From an uncultured Clostridia bacterium (GTDB taxonomy: Bacteria; Bacillota; Clostridia; Oscillospirales; Acutalibacteraceae), in assembly GCA_945948515.1 (NCBI GenBank), contig CAMFBH010000004.1:7308-71307 (forward strand): a stretch of 64,000 nucleotides of DNA, in the 5' to 3' direction. A model generated the notes under the pieces. That model had not been told where the DNA came from. It saw only the letters and a program-made list of their open reading frames with translations, and did no database searches. Made by a program: the position numbers and the translations under genes. Shown in pieces: positions 1-9,821 of the stretch; position 1 is the stretch's first letter, and each line of letters starts with the position of its first letter.

Positions 1-767
1 TTTCTCTTAATGCTCCACTGTCGAATACTGCAAAAATTCTTTGCTCGGTTGTTTCGTTTTGCTTATTAATTTCAAACATTATTGTTTTTATGATTTATGA
101 AAAATCAATCAGCAATGCCGCCGAGCTTTATGAGCTTCAGGCTATGAAGCAAAAGCAGGAAATAGACAATGAATACTTCAATGTGCTTGAGCAGAACAAC
201 AAGGATTTAAAAATATTCACTCATGATATTAAAAACCATCTTGAGCAAATAAGTGCATTAACAGACAATAAGGAAATTGAAGAATACATTTCCAAGCTCT
301 ACGGAACTGTCAACAGTTACAGTAATGTTGCTCTGAGCGGCAACAAAACCCTTGATGTTATCATAAGCAAATACAATACCCTGTGTAAAAACAAAAACAT
401 TGAAATATACTTTAATGTTAAAACAGCAAATCTTTCCGGTCTTGCCAACATGGATCTTGCAACAATACTTAACAACCTTCTTGACAATGCGGTGGAAGCG
501 GCGAGTCACAGCGAAATCAGGAAAATTTCGGTTGATATATTTACCAAAGGCGCATTTGAAGTTATTAACATTCAAAACGGATGCGACATACCTCCGAATT
601 CTTCAGGTAAAAACCTTTTTACAAGCAAAAGAGATAAAGCTATGCACGGTCTCGGAATTGAAAGTGTTATAAGAACACTTAAAAGCTACAACGGAATTTT
701 CGACTGGTGCTATGATGAAAAAGAAAAGATTTTCAAAACAACAACGGCAATTCCCAAGGATAAATAA
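1..767 (+). CDS. Sensor histidine kinase, GHKL ATPase domain (AgrC/LytS-like HPK10 type); 5' end cut by window edge
   Basis: Frame 3 is open from nt 3 to the stop at 765-767. A hydrophobic segment SLNAPLSNTAKILCSVVSFCLLISNIIVF precedes the listed Met. H-box FTHDIKNHLEQIS, N-box ILNNLLDNAVEA, G-box MHGLGIESV. Confidence 0.8.
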   Translation, partial: SLNAPLSNTAKILCSVVSFCLLISNIIVFMIYEKSISNAAELYELQAMKQKQEIDNEYFNVLEQNNKDLKIFTHDIKNHLEQISALTDNKEIEEYISKLYGTVNSYSNVALSGNKTLDVIISKYNTLCKNKNIEIYFNVKTANLSGLANMDLATILNNLLDNAVEAASHSEIRKISVDIFTKGAFEVINIQNGCDIPPNSSGKNLFTSKRDKAMHGLGIESVIRTLKSYNGIFDWCYDEKEKIFKTTTAIPKDK

Positions 768-808
768 AACAAGGCAGTTCAATAAATGAACTGCCTTGTT
801 TGTTTTTT
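768..808. terminator. Bidirectional intrinsic terminator between convergent kinase and ABC genes
   Basis: 14-bp stem AACAAGGCAGTTCA / TGAACTGCCTTGTT (768-781 / 787-800), followed by TTGTTTTTT on + and preceded by an A-run. Confidence 0.7.
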
Positions 809-816
809 ATTTACTA

Positions 817-1587
817 TCAGTCAAGCGCTTTGCTGAGAAAGGCTTTAAGCGTTTCGCTCTTCGGATTTTCAAACACTTCGTGAGGGTTTCCTATTTCTTC
901 AATAATTCCGTTTGCCATAAAAATCACCTTATCGGCAACATTTTTCGCAAACTCCATTTCGTGAGTTACAACAATCATTGTGCTGTCGTTAGACTTAAGA
1001 GAGCGTATTACATTCAAAACCTCGCCTGTAAGCTCGGGGTCAAGTGCCGAGGTCGGCTCATCAAAGCAAAGAATATCGGGGCTCATTGCAAGTGCTCTTG
1101 CAATTGCAACTCTCTGCTGCTGACCGCCTGAAAGCTGGCATGGATAAAAATCCTTTTTATCCGATAATCCAACCTTTTCAAGAAGCTCAAGCGCTATCCT
1201 TTCAACATCCTCTGCCGACGACACGCCGGAGGTTTTTATACCGTTTTTTAGGGCAAGCTTAGGCGCAAGCGTTATGTTTTCAAACGCAGTGTACTGCGGA
1301 AAAAGATTAAACTGCTGGAAAACGAGTCCGAAATGTAGCCTTTTCTCGCGAATTTCTCTTTCGCTGAGTTGAACATCGGAATCAAAAATCTTTTCACCGT
1401 CAAGCTCAATTTCACCCGAGCTTGCAGTTTCAAGATAATTAAGGCAGCGAAGAAGCGTTGTTTTTCCGGAACCCGAGGAGCCGATTATTGCAAGCACCTC
1501 ACCCTTTTCCATTGAAAAGTTTATTCCCTTTAAAACCTCTGTTGCTCCGAAATTTTTAACTAAATTCTTTATTTCTAAAAATGCCAT
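817..1587 (-). CDS. Polar amino-acid ABC transporter ATP-binding protein (GlnQ/ArtP-like)
   Basis: Walker A GSSGSGKTT, signature [15 protein letters not shown], Walker [13 protein letters not shown]. The ATG at 1587 (MAFLEIKNL) has an AGAGG RBS and lies 4 nt after the permease stop. The listed ORF start at 1623 is probably an over-extension. Confidence 0.9.
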   Translation of the reverse strand: MAFLEIKNLVKNFGATEVLKGINFSMEKGEVLAIIGSSGSGKTTLLRCLNYLETASSGEIELDGEKIFDSDVQLSEREIREKRLHFGLVFQQFNLFPQYTAFENITLAPKLALKNGIKTSGVSSAEDVERIALELLEKVGLSDKKDFYPCQLSGGQQQRVAIARALAMSPDILCFDEPTSALDPELTGEVLNVIRSLKSNDSTMIVVTHEMEFAKNVADKVIFMANGIIEEIGNPHEVFENPKSETLKAFLSKALD

Positions 1588-1591
1588 GGCG

Positions 1592-2287
1592 TTAACCTCT
1601 GTAATAATCAAGCTTCTTTTCAAGCTTGTTGAAAAGAACAGTCAGCACTCCGCAGAAGATAAGATAGAATGCGCCCGTGTAGAACATCGGCCACAACAGA
1701 CCCTCAAGCTTCATAAACTTTTCGCCTGCCCAAATAAGCTCATAAACCGAAATAACCCTTGCAAGCGAAGTGTCTTTAACAAGCGTTATAATTTCGTTGC
1801 TCATTGGAGGAATAATTCTCTTAATAACCTGCATAAGAACGACTTTGAAGAAAATTTGAGTCTTTGTCATTCCGAGAACCTGTCCTGCCTCGTACTGACC
1901 TTTCGGAATTGACTCAATACCCCCGCGGAAGATTTCCGAAAAATAGCAGGCGTAATTAATTATAAACGCCACGCTTACCGCAACGAAGCGGTCAAAAACA
2001 CTCCACGAAGCAAGCCATGTTATTATTGCATTCGGATTTTGCATATTCTGCGCCCAGTTTGCCACAAGCCCCGGTCCGTAATAAACAATAATCATCTGGA
2101 GAACCAGAGGAGTGCCCCTGATTATCCAGATGAAAATTTTACACAGCCATTTCAAAGGCTTGAATTTACTCATTGAACCGAAGCTGATTATAAGGCCCAA
2201 CGGTAAAGCGGCAACCAAGGTAACACAAAACAGCTTAACTGTTGAGGCAAAGCCCTCAAGCAGAGTTTGCGTTACTTCCCAAAACAT
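1592..2287 (-). CDS. Amino-acid ABC transporter permease (His/Glu/Gln/Arg/opine family)
   Basis: 231 aa, multi-TM, sits between the binding protein and the ATPase. Contains an EAA-like loop (EAGQVLGMTKTQIFFKVVLMQ). Confidence 0.9.
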   Translation of the reverse strand: MFWEVTQTLLEGFASTVKLFCVTLVAALPLGLIISFGSMSKFKPLKWLCKIFIWIIRGTPLVLQMIIVYYGPGLVANWAQNMQNPNAIITWLASWSVFDRFVAVSVAFIINYACYFSEIFRGGIESIPKGQYEAGQVLGMTKTQIFFKVVLMQVIKRIIPPMSNEIITLVKDTSLARVISVYELIWAGEKFMKLEGLLWPMFYTGAFYLIFCGVLTVLFNKLEKKLDYYRG

Positions 2288-2308
2288 TATTTCTGTTGCC
2301 TTTCAGTC

Positions 2309-3139
2309 TTATTTTATAAGGTTGATTTCGTATTTTGCGGCAAGCTTATCAAGAGTACCGTCATTCATCAATTTTGCCATGATTTCGTTAACCTTAGCGG
2401 TAACATCGGAATCCTTTCTGAAAGCAATACCGTATTCCTCAGCCTCAAGCTTAATCTCAAAGCCGAGATTTGCATTGCTTGTTCCTTCACCTGTCATTGA
2501 ATTTGCCATGGTAAGGTCGATAATACAAGCGTCTGCGGCACCCGAGGTTACCTCGGTTAATGCGAGAGCCTGAGTGTTTGAAACAACAAGGTTTGTAAGT
2601 CCTGCTGCGGCTGCTGCCTTTTCTCCTGCCGAACCGCCTTCTACTGCGATTGAAAGCTCTTTGAGAGATTCAACATCGCTGTACTTTGAAAGCTCGCTGC
2701 TCTTCATTACAACAACCTGTGCGTTTTCTGCATAAGGATTTGAAATGCTTGCAGCATCCTTAGCTTCATCGGTAATTGTCATACCGTTCCAAATGCAATC
2801 AATAGAACCTGATTTGAGCTCGTTGAATTTGTTATCCCAGTTGATTTCAACAAACTTAACCTCAACGCCGAGCTCCTTTGCAACTGCCTGAGCAAACTCA
2901 GTATCAAAGCCGGTCCATTCATCTGAGCCCTTTTCCTTGTAGTTCATGGGCTTATACTCAGTCATTCCTACTACAAGAACGCCTTTTTCCTGAATCTTTG
3001 CGAGATCGGATTCAGAAGCATCCGCGCTGTTGTCGGCATTTGAAGTGTTCTCTGCTGCATCTTTATTGCATCCTGCAAAAGCAAAAAGGAGTGAACATGA
3101 AAGAACTGCTGCGAGTAAAACTGCTAAAAACTTTTTCAT
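2309..3139 (-). CDS. Amino-acid ABC transporter substrate-binding lipoprotein
   Basis: Signal peptide with lipobox LLFAFAG|C. Type 3 periplasmic binding-protein features (GFDTEFA, DCIWNGMTIT). First gene of the 3-gene operon. Confidence 0.9.
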   Translation of the reverse strand: MKKFLAVLLAAVLSCSLLFAFAGCNKDAAENTSNADNSADASESDLAKIQEKGVLVVGMTEYKPMNYKEKGSDEWTGFDTEFAQAVAKELGVEVKFVEINWDNKFNELKSGSIDCIWNGMTITDEAKDAASISNPYAENAQVVVMKSSELSKYSDVESLKELSIAVEGGSAGEKAAAAAGLTNLVVSNTQALALTEVTSGAADACIIDLTMANSMTGEGTSNANLGFEIKLEAEEYGIAFRKDSDVTAKVNEIMAKLMNDGTLDKLAAKYEINLIK

Positions 3140-3318
3140 TTTTATTACCTTCCGTTTATTTCTAATTTCAACTCAGCGCGGTAACACGATAACGCTTTAC
3201 CAAGCTAAATCGATTACGGGGTTATAATATCATGTTTTTTAGTAAAAGTAAATAGATTTTAAAATGTTTGTTGCTTTTGTTAATTTTAGGCGTAAAACAA
3301 CGCTTTATTTTTTACACA

Positions 3319-3348
3319 TTGACAAAGGGCTTCTAAAAATGTTATAAT
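3319..3348 (+). promoter_or_regulatory. Sigma-A type promoter candidate for the 3436 gene
   Basis: TTGACA (3319-3324), 18-nt spacer, TATAAT (3343-3348). Confidence 0.5.
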
Positions 3349-3371
3349 TAAAAGCAACATAAAGCGACTAT

Positions 3372-3421
3372 ACCGTTCGTATCTGCAATTATGTTGCAGA
3401 ATGCGTGCGGTTTATTTTTTT
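3372..3421 (+). terminator. Promoter-proximal intrinsic terminator / attenuator hairpin in the 5' leader
   Basis: ACCGTTCGTATCTGCAA-TTATG-TTGCAGAATGCGTGCGGT forms about 16 pairs with one mismatch and one bulge. It is followed by TTATTTTTTT and sits between the promoter and the GAGG RBS / ATG at 3436. Confidence 0.5.
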
Positions 3422-3435
3422 GTGAGGTAAAATAA

Positions 3436-4836
3436 ATGAAAACAGATGTTGTTATCATAGGCGCAGGTCCTGCCGGTATTTTCACTGCTATAGAAATGAT
3501 TAAAAAAGGCAGTAAAAAGAAAATTACAATAGTTGAAAAAGGCTGTGAAATCGAGAAAAGACGCTGTCCGAAATCCAAAACTCATAAATGCACAAGCTGT
3601 AAGCCGTATTGTCACATAACAACCGGCTTTTCCGGAGCAGGAGCTTTTTCGGACGGAAAGCTTTCGCTTAGCTACGAGGTTGGCGGAGAGCTTCCGTCAC
3701 TTATCGGTGAGGAGCTTGCTCAGGAAACTATTGATTATGCTGATTCCATTTATCTTGAATTCGGTGCAGACACTCATGTTGAGGGTGTCAGCAACTACGA
3801 GGCTGTTAAGGATATCAGAAAAAGAGCAATTCAGGCAGGCTTGAAGCTTGTTGACTGCCCTATCCGCCATCTCGGAACGGAAAAAGCGCAGGATCTTTTC
3901 TACGCTATTGAACAATACTTACTCAAAAACGGCGTTGAAATGCTTTTCGGATACGAATGCACAGACCTTATTCTTAAGGATAATGTTTGCAAGGGCGTTT
4001 CAGTTACAAACGGAAAAAAGGATATTGAAATTTACGCAGGCAGCACTGTTGTTGCAACAGGAAGAAGAGGTGCTGACTGGCTTGAAAGAATATGCGCAGA
4101 GCACGATATTGCGCACCAACCCGGAACTGTTGACATCGGCGTTCGCGTTGAGGTTCGCAATGAAATTATGGAAAATGTTAACGAGGTGCTCTACGAATCA
4201 AAGCTTATCGGTTATCCGTTGCCGTTCAAAAACAAGGTTCGTACCTTCTGTCAGAATCCCGGCGGATTCGTAAGCCAGGAAAACTACGATAACGATTTGG
4301 CAGTTGTAAACGGTCACTCCTATAAGGACCTCAAGAGCGACAACACAAACCTTGCTATCCTTTGCTCCCACAATTTTACCGAGCCGTTTAATCAGCCAAT
4401 TGCTTACGCGCAAAAGGTTGGAGAGCTTACAAACATGCTCGGTGATAACAAAATACTTGTTCAGCGCTACGGCGATATTTTAGACGGAAAGCGCACATGG
4501 CAAAAGGAGCTTTCACAATCAAACCTTAAGCCCACTCTTCCGGATGCTGTTGCAGGCGACATTACTGCCGCAATGCCATACCGAGCAATGCTTAACATTA
4601 TCAACTTCATTCAGGCGGTTGACAAGGTTGTTCCCGGATTTGCTTCAACGGAAACTCTTCTTTATTCTCCCGAGCTGAAGTTTTACAGCAACAGGGTTAA
4701 AATGGATAAAGACCTTACAACAAGCATTGAAGGACTTCATTGCCTCGGAGACTCAAGCGGTTGGACACGAGGACTTATGATGGCCTCCGTTATGGGTGTT
4801 CTTATGGGCAGAAGACTTGCAGGAGAAAATAAATAA
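3436..4836 (+). CDS. FAD-dependent oxidoreductase (COG2509-like uncharacterised FAD-dependent dehydrogenase)
   Basis: N-terminal Rossmann motif VVIIGAGPAGIF. Cys-rich insert CPKSKTHKCTSCKPYC. C-terminal GDSSGWTRGLMMA, typical of this family. Confidence 0.8.
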   Translation: MKTDVVIIGAGPAGIFTAIEMIKKGSKKKITIVEKGCEIEKRRCPKSKTHKCTSCKPYCHITTGFSGAGAFSDGKLSLSYEVGGELPSLIGEELAQETIDYADSIYLEFGADTHVEGVSNYEAVKDIRKRAIQAGLKLVDCPIRHLGTEKAQDLFYAIEQYLLKNGVEMLFGYECTDLILKDNVCKGVSVTNGKKDIEIYAGSTVVATGRRGADWLERICAEHDIAHQPGTVDIGVRVEVRNEIMENVNEVLYESKLIGYPLPFKNKVRTFCQNPGGFVSQENYDNDLAVVNGHSYKDLKSDNTNLAILCSHNFTEPFNQPIAYAQKVGELTNMLGDNKILVQRYGDILDGKRTWQKELSQSNLKPTLPDAVAGDITAAMPYRAMLNIINFIQAVDKVVPGFASTETLLYSPELKFYSNRVKMDKDLTTSIEGLHCLGDSSGWTRGLMMASVMGVLMGRRLAGENK

Positions 4837-4877
4837 GCTGTTAATTTCATAAACGCTTCAGAGAGAGGGAGATTTTT

Positions 4878-5900
4878 ATGAGAAATCACGAGGTTACGGC
4901 AAAGCAAAAGCTGTTGATGAAGGACGGAAGTCTAAGAGAGCCCGGTTGGTCAAAGCAGCTTGTTCAGAAATACAGCAGAAAAGACATTAAAGCAAGCCCG
5001 TTCAGAATTAAAGAGTGGGATTACTATCTTGTTTTGGGAAACGGCTTCGGTGTTGCCTTCACCATTTCCGACGACGGATATATCGGTCTCCAATCAGTTT
5101 CTCTGCTTGATTTTGAAACACCTTCGGAGCACACAGAAACAATTTTAAACGCCTTTCCAATGGGTAAGCTCAGGCTTCCGAGCGATTCCTCGGCAGGGAA
5201 CACCGTTTATAAAGACAGGCGCCTTGATATGCGCTTTGAGGTTGGTATAGGAAAGCGCCGAATTTACTGCGATTTCAAAAAATTTAAAGACGGAAAAGAC
5301 TTTTTCTGCGACATAACTCTTGAGCAGCCTCCCATGGATACAATGGTTATCGCAACGCCATGGAAGGAAGATAAAAAAGCGTTCTACTACAATCAAAAAA
5401 TCAACTGCATGCGCGCTTCGGGAAAGGTTTATTTTGACGGCAAGGTTTATGAATTCAATCCCGAAACGGATTTCGGAACTCTTGACTGGGGCAGAGGCGT
5501 TTGGACATACGACAACCGCTGGTTTTGGGGAAACGGCAACACAATTATTGACGGCAAGCCGTTTGGCTTTAACTTAGGCTACGGCTTCGGCGACACCCGT
5601 GCCGCAAGTGAAAATATGCTTTTTTACGACGGAGTTTGCCACAAGCTTGACGATGTAACATTTAACATTCCGTCCGACAGTTATACTAAGCCATGGACTT
5701 TCTCCTCGTCTGACGGCAGATTTGAAGCGGATTTTGCTCCTATTATTGACAGATGCGCAAAAATAGATGTTAAAGCCATAGTTACCGACCAGCATCAGGT
5801 TTTCGGAAGAATGACAGGAAAAGCAATTCTTGACGACGGTAAGGTTATTGAGTTTAAAGATATTCTTTGCTTTGCTGAAGATGTTCACAATAAATACTAA
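4878..5900 (+). CDS. DUF2804-like protein (function unknown)
   Basis: 340 aa. RBS GGGAG lies 7 nt upstream. The EWDYY motif and overall pattern match my memory of DUF2804; this was not searched. Confidence 0.6.
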   Translation: MRNHEVTAKQKLLMKDGSLREPGWSKQLVQKYSRKDIKASPFRIKEWDYYLVLGNGFGVAFTISDDGYIGLQSVSLLDFETPSEHTETILNAFPMGKLRLPSDSSAGNTVYKDRRLDMRFEVGIGKRRIYCDFKKFKDGKDFFCDITLEQPPMDTMVIATPWKEDKKAFYYNQKINCMRASGKVYFDGKVYEFNPETDFGTLDWGRGVWTYDNRWFWGNGNTIIDGKPFGFNLGYGFGDTRAASENMLFYDGVCHKLDDVTFNIPSDSYTKPWTFSSSDGRFEADFAPIIDRCAKIDVKAIVTDQHQVFGRMTGKAILDDGKVIEFKDILCFAEDVHNKY

Positions 5901-5908
5901 TTTTTTTC

Positions 5909-5937
5909 TTGAAAATTTTATAAATCGGCGTTAAAAT
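5909..5937 (+). promoter_or_regulatory. Promoter candidate for rubrerythrin
   Basis: TTGAAA (5909-5914), 17-nt spacer, TAAAAT (5932-5937). Confidence 0.5.
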
Positions 5938-5973
5938 AAAACTGTTACAATAAATATAAAGGAGGTTTCTATT

Positions 5974-6507
5974 ATGGAACTTAAAGGATCAAAAACCGAA
6001 AAAAATCTTCAAGCCGCTTTTGCAGGTGAGAGCCAGGCAAGAAATAAATATACATACTTTGCCAGCGTCGCAAAAAAAGAGGGCTATGAGCAGATAAGCG
6101 CAATTTTCCTTGAAACCGCAAACAACGAAAAAGAGCACGCTAAAATGTGGTTTAAGGCATTGGGCGAACTCGGAAGCACACCGGAAAATCTCAAATCAGC
6201 CGCAGAGGGCGAAAACTACGAATGGACAGATATGTACAAAACCTTTGCAGATGAGGCTGAAGAAGAAGGCTTCACAGAGCTTGCCGCAAAATTCAGAATG
6301 GTTGCAAAAATCGAAAAAGCTCACGAGGAAAGATATTTAAAGCTCCTTTCAAATGTTGAAATGCAGAAGGTTTTTGAAAAGAGCGATGAAATTATGTGGG
6401 AATGCAGAAACTGCGGTCACCTTGTTATCGGTAAAAAAGCTCCGCAGGTATGCCCCGTTTGCGCTCATCCGCAGAGCTTCTTTGAGGTTAGAAAAGAGAA
6501 CTATTAA
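5974..6507 (+). CDS. rbr: Rubrerythrin
   Basis: N-terminal ferritin-like diiron domain ([40 protein letters not shown]) plus C-terminal rubredoxin-like CRNCG...CPVC. Confidence 0.92.
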   Translation: MELKGSKTEKNLQAAFAGESQARNKYTYFASVAKKEGYEQISAIFLETANNEKEHAKMWFKALGELGSTPENLKSAAEGENYEWTDMYKTFADEAEEEGFTELAAKFRMVAKIEKAHEERYLKLLSNVEMQKVFEKSDEIMWECRNCGHLVIGKKAPQVCPVCAHPQSFFEVRKENY

Positions 6508-7322
6508 TGATTAAAGCAATTGTTATCGATCTCGACAGAACAACTTTGAGATCGGACGGCTCGCTTTCAAAACGAACCGAAAGCGCTATTGAGCTTGCTC
6601 TTAATAACGAAATTGAAATAATTGTTGCATCGGGAAGAGCGTTTTCCACTCTTCCCGATAATATTATCTCAAATAAAAATATCAAATGGGCAATCACCTC
6701 AAACGGAGCAGTTATTCACAAGGATAAAAAAGAAAAACGCCGTCTTTTACTTAATCCGACTGCCGTTGAAGAAATTGTTTGCCGATTTAAAAAATATCCT
6801 TTCGAAATTTTTATTGACGGCAAACCGTTTGCAGACAGCGATTTCGTTAAAAACCCCTGCAAATACGGAGTTTTTGAAAAATCCGTTGCATATATTCAGA
6901 GCACGCGCACTCCCGTTTCGGATTTCCCTGATTTCATTCTTGAAAACAAAAACCGGCTTGACAGCATAGATATTATTGTTCCTTCAATGGAAGAAAACAT
7001 CTCAGTCCGTGCCGAATTAGAGAAAATCAACGGAATCCGCGCAACATCTTCAATCGTTCAGCTTGTTGAGATTGCAGACAAAAACGCGGGAAAAGAAAAC
7101 GGACTTGCATTTATTTCAAAGGAGCTCGGTATTCCGCTCGGCAGGTTTGCCGCTTTCGGAGATGCCGAAAATGACATTGAAATGCTATCTGTTGCAGGAC
7201 TCGGAATTGCAGTTTCGAACGCCTGTGAAAAATGCAAAAAAGCCGCCGATACCGTTTGTGATTCAAACGACAACGACGGCGTTGCAAAAGAAATTGAAAA
7301 AATTGTTCAGAGAAATAAGTAA
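6507..7322 (+). CDS. Cof-type HAD-IIB family hydrolase (sugar-phosphatase-like)
   Basis: Motif I VIDLDRTTL, motif III/IV FGDAENDIEML. The start overlaps the rbr stop by 1 nt. Confidence 0.85.
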   Translation: MIKAIVIDLDRTTLRSDGSLSKRTESAIELALNNEIEIIVASGRAFSTLPDNIISNKNIKWAITSNGAVIHKDKKEKRRLLLNPTAVEEIVCRFKKYPFEIFIDGKPFADSDFVKNPCKYGVFEKSVAYIQSTRTPVSDFPDFILENKNRLDSIDIIVPSMEENISVRAELEKINGIRATSSIVQLVEIADKNAGKENGLAFISKELGIPLGRFAAFGDAENDIEMLSVAGLGIAVSNACEKCKKAADTVCDSNDNDGVAKEIEKIVQRNK

Positions 7323-8072
7323 TTATCCGAACACTCCGCCGATGTATTCGGCGGTTTTTTTATTTGTTGGGTTTTCAAAAATGAATTTGGTTTCATTCAT
7401 TTCTATCAACTCTCCCAAAAGGAAAAACGCTGTTTTATCTGAAATTCTCTGTGCCTGCTGCATATTATGAGTTACGATTACAATAGTATAATCTTTTTTC
7501 AGTTCAGTTGTAAGCTCCTCGATTTTTGCTGTTGAAATCGGGTCAAGAGCAGAAGTGGGTTCATCCATAAGAAGTATTTCGGGACAAACCGACAGAGACC
7601 TCGCTATGCAAAGCCTTTGCTGCTGGCCTCCCGAAAGACCAAGTGCGCTTTTCTTCAGTCTATCCTTAACCTCATCCCAAATTGCAGCCCTTTTCAGTGA
7701 GCTTTCAACTATTTCGTCAAGCTCGCTTTTCTTTTTTATTCCGTGTGTTTTCGGACCGTAAGCAATATTATCGTAAATGCTCATCGGAAACGGATTGGGC
7801 TTTTGAAAAACCATTCCAACGCGTTTTCGCAGTACATTAACATCCGTATTTTTATAAATATCAACCCCGTCAATAAGAACGGTTCCCTGAGTTTTGCACG
7901 AAGAGGTAAGCTCATTCATGCGGTTGAATGTTTTTAGAAGCGTTGATTTTCCGCAGCCCGACGGTCCGATTAAAGCCGTTATGCTTTTCTCGGGAAAATC
8001 AGCGTTTATATTTTTAAGAGCCTGAAAATCTCCGTAAAAAAGATTAAGGCCTCTGACATTTATTTTATTCAT
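7323..8072 (-). CDS. pstB: Phosphate ABC transporter ATP-binding protein PstB
   Basis: Walker [25 protein letters not shown], the PstB-typical [16 protein letters not shown], and operon position after pstA. Confidence 0.95.
   Translation of the reverse strand: MNKINVRGLNLFYGDFQALKNINADFPEKSITALIGPSGCGKSTLLKTFNRMNELTSSCKTQGTVLIDGVDIYKNTDVNVLRKRVGMVFQKPNPFPMSIYDNIAYGPKTHGIKKKSELDEIVESSLKRAAIWDEVKDRLKKSALGLSGGQQQRLCIARSLSVCPEILLMDEPTSALDPISTAKIEELTTELKKDYTIVIVTHNMQQAQRISDKTAFFLLGELIEMNETKFIFENPTNKKTAEYIGGVFG
7336..7361 (+). terminator. Intrinsic terminator of the rbr-HAD unit, embedded in the 3' coding end of convergent pstB
   Basis: CCGCCGA-TGTAT-TCGGCGG followed by TTTTTTT. It lies 14 nt after the HAD stop (7320-7322) and inside the pstB codons for [12 protein letters not shown]. 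Confidence 0.6.
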
Positions 8073-8082
8073 ATTTTCTCCA

Positions 8083-8943
8083 CTAAGCAGTAAAGCGTTT
8101 TGATATTTTTTTGGAAAGAAAATCCGAAAGGGAATTAATCAGAATAACGGCAAGGAGCAGCACTGCCGCAGTTGCATAAGCTTCATCTATATAAAGCCCC
8201 TCGCTTAGCAACAAATAAAGATGAACCGAAAGAGTTCTTCCCGATGTGAACGGCGTTTTGGCTATTCCCGTTGCCGTTCCTGCTGTATAAATCAGTGCTG
8301 CTGTTTCTCCCACAATCCTTCCTATTGCAAGAATCACCCCTGAAACTATACCTCCGGAAGCACTCGGGAGAACAATTCTGAAAATGGTTCTCACTCTTCC
8401 TGCGCCGAGAGCGAAGCTTCCTTCACGGTAACTTTGAGGAACTGCCGCAAGCGCCTCCTGCGTTGTTCTCATTATAGTGGGTAAAACCATTATTGAAAGA
8501 GTTAGCGCTCCTGAGAGCACCGAATAATTAATTGAAAGAAAAGCAACGAAAACAAGATAGCCGAATAAGCCGTAAACTATTGACGGTATTCCTGCAAGAG
8601 TTTCCACAGTTAAATCTATAAATGCGCTTACCCTGCTTTTCTTTTTTGCATATTCATTAAGATATATAGCCGAGAATATTCCGAGCGGTAGAGAAAAAGC
8701 AAGCGTTAACACAATCATTTGAACCGTGTTAATAATTGCGGGAAGCATTGAAGCATTTTGGCTTGTATATTCTAATTCAAACAGCTTCGGTGAAAGGCTT
8801 GACAGCCCTTTTGAAAGAACAAATGCAACAATTAAAAACAAAACCGAAAGCGCAAATACCGCAGAAAGAATTACAATAATTCTTAAAAAAAGCGAGCTTA
8901 AATGGTTTTTATAATAGGAAAACGAGCTTTTAACCTTTTTCAA
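8083..8943 (-). CDS. pstA: Phosphate ABC transporter permease PstA
   Basis: 286 aa, 6 TM. EAA motif region [32 protein letters not shown]. 4-nt overlap with pstC. Confidence 0.9.
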   Translation of the reverse strand: MKKVKSSFSYYKNHLSSLFLRIIVILSAVFALSVLFLIVAFVLSKGLSSLSPKLFELEYTSQNASMLPAIINTVQMIVLTLAFSLPLGIFSAIYLNEYAKKKSRVSAFIDLTVETLAGIPSIVYGLFGYLVFVAFLSINYSVLSGALTLSIMVLPTIMRTTQEALAAVPQSYREGSFALGAGRVRTIFRIVLPSASGGIVSGVILAIGRIVGETAALIYTAGTATGIAKTPFTSGRTLSVHLYLLLSEGLYIDEAYATAAVLLLAVILINSLSDFLSKKISKRFTA

Positions 8944-9821
8944 GCATCCGTCCCTCCTTTAATCAGCTTAAAGCAGATATTTATAATCATCACGAAAACG
9001 AAAAGAACTACTGCCGTTGCTATGAGCGCTTCGCGGTGCAAATCCGCAGCGTATCCCATTTCAAGAACAATATTTGAGGTTAGCGTTCTTACTCCGCCGA
9101 GAATGCTTTTCGGCATAACCGCTTGGTTTCCTGCCACCATGCTTACTGCAAGAGCCTCTCCTATCGCTCTGCCCGTTCCGAGAACTATTCCTGCGCCTAT
9201 ACCCTGCTTGGCTCCCCTTAGCTCGCAGAAGAAAACCGCCTGCTCCCTTGTTGAGCCGAGCGCACGCGCTCCCTCATAATATGATTCATCAACCGCGCGT
9301 ATGGATGCCTCCGAAACGCTGACTATTGTGGGAAGTATCATTATTGCAAGCATCACCGAAGCGGCTAAAACACTTTTTCCGCTTGTTCCGGTGAGCCTTT
9401 GGATTGCCGGCACAATAACGCTGAGCCCGAAAAATCCGTAAATAACAGACGGTATTCCAGCCATAAGATTAACTGCGGGCTTTGCTATTTTATACAAGCG
9501 TTTCGGACAGAAGCGTGCAAGGAAAACCGCACACAACACTCCCGACGGAACACCTAAAACAAGAGCCAGAGCAGTTACATAAACACTTCCCGCAATCATA
9601 GGAAGAATTCCGAAAAGATTTTGAAGAGGTTTCCATTCCCTGCCTGTTAAAAAATTCAAAACTCCTATTTCATTAATTGCGGGTGCACCGTTCAATAAAA
9701 GGAAGAGACAAATTATTCCGAGGGCAAATATTGAAAATACCGCCGCAAGGAAAAACAAGGTTTTAAACAAAAAGGACTGAGCTTTTGATTTAAGCAAGGG
9801 TGAAATTTTAAATTCTCTCAT
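8940..9821 (-). CDS. pstC: Phosphate ABC transporter permease PstC
   Basis: 293 aa, multi-TM. SIRAVDESYYEGARALGSTREQ loop. 4-nt overlap with pstS. Confidence 0.9.
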   Translation of the reverse strand: MREFKISPLLKSKAQSFLFKTLFFLAAVFSIFALGIICLFLLLNGAPAINEIGVLNFLTGREWKPLQNLFGILPMIAGSVYVTALALVLGVPSGVLCAVFLARFCPKRLYKIAKPAVNLMAGIPSVIYGFFGLSVIVPAIQRLTGTSGKSVLAASVMLAIMILPTIVSVSEASIRAVDESYYEGARALGSTREQAVFFCELRGAKQGIGAGIVLGTGRAIGEALAVSMVAGNQAVMPKSILGGVRTLTSNIVLEMGYAADLHREALIATAVVLFVFVMIINICFKLIKGGTDA

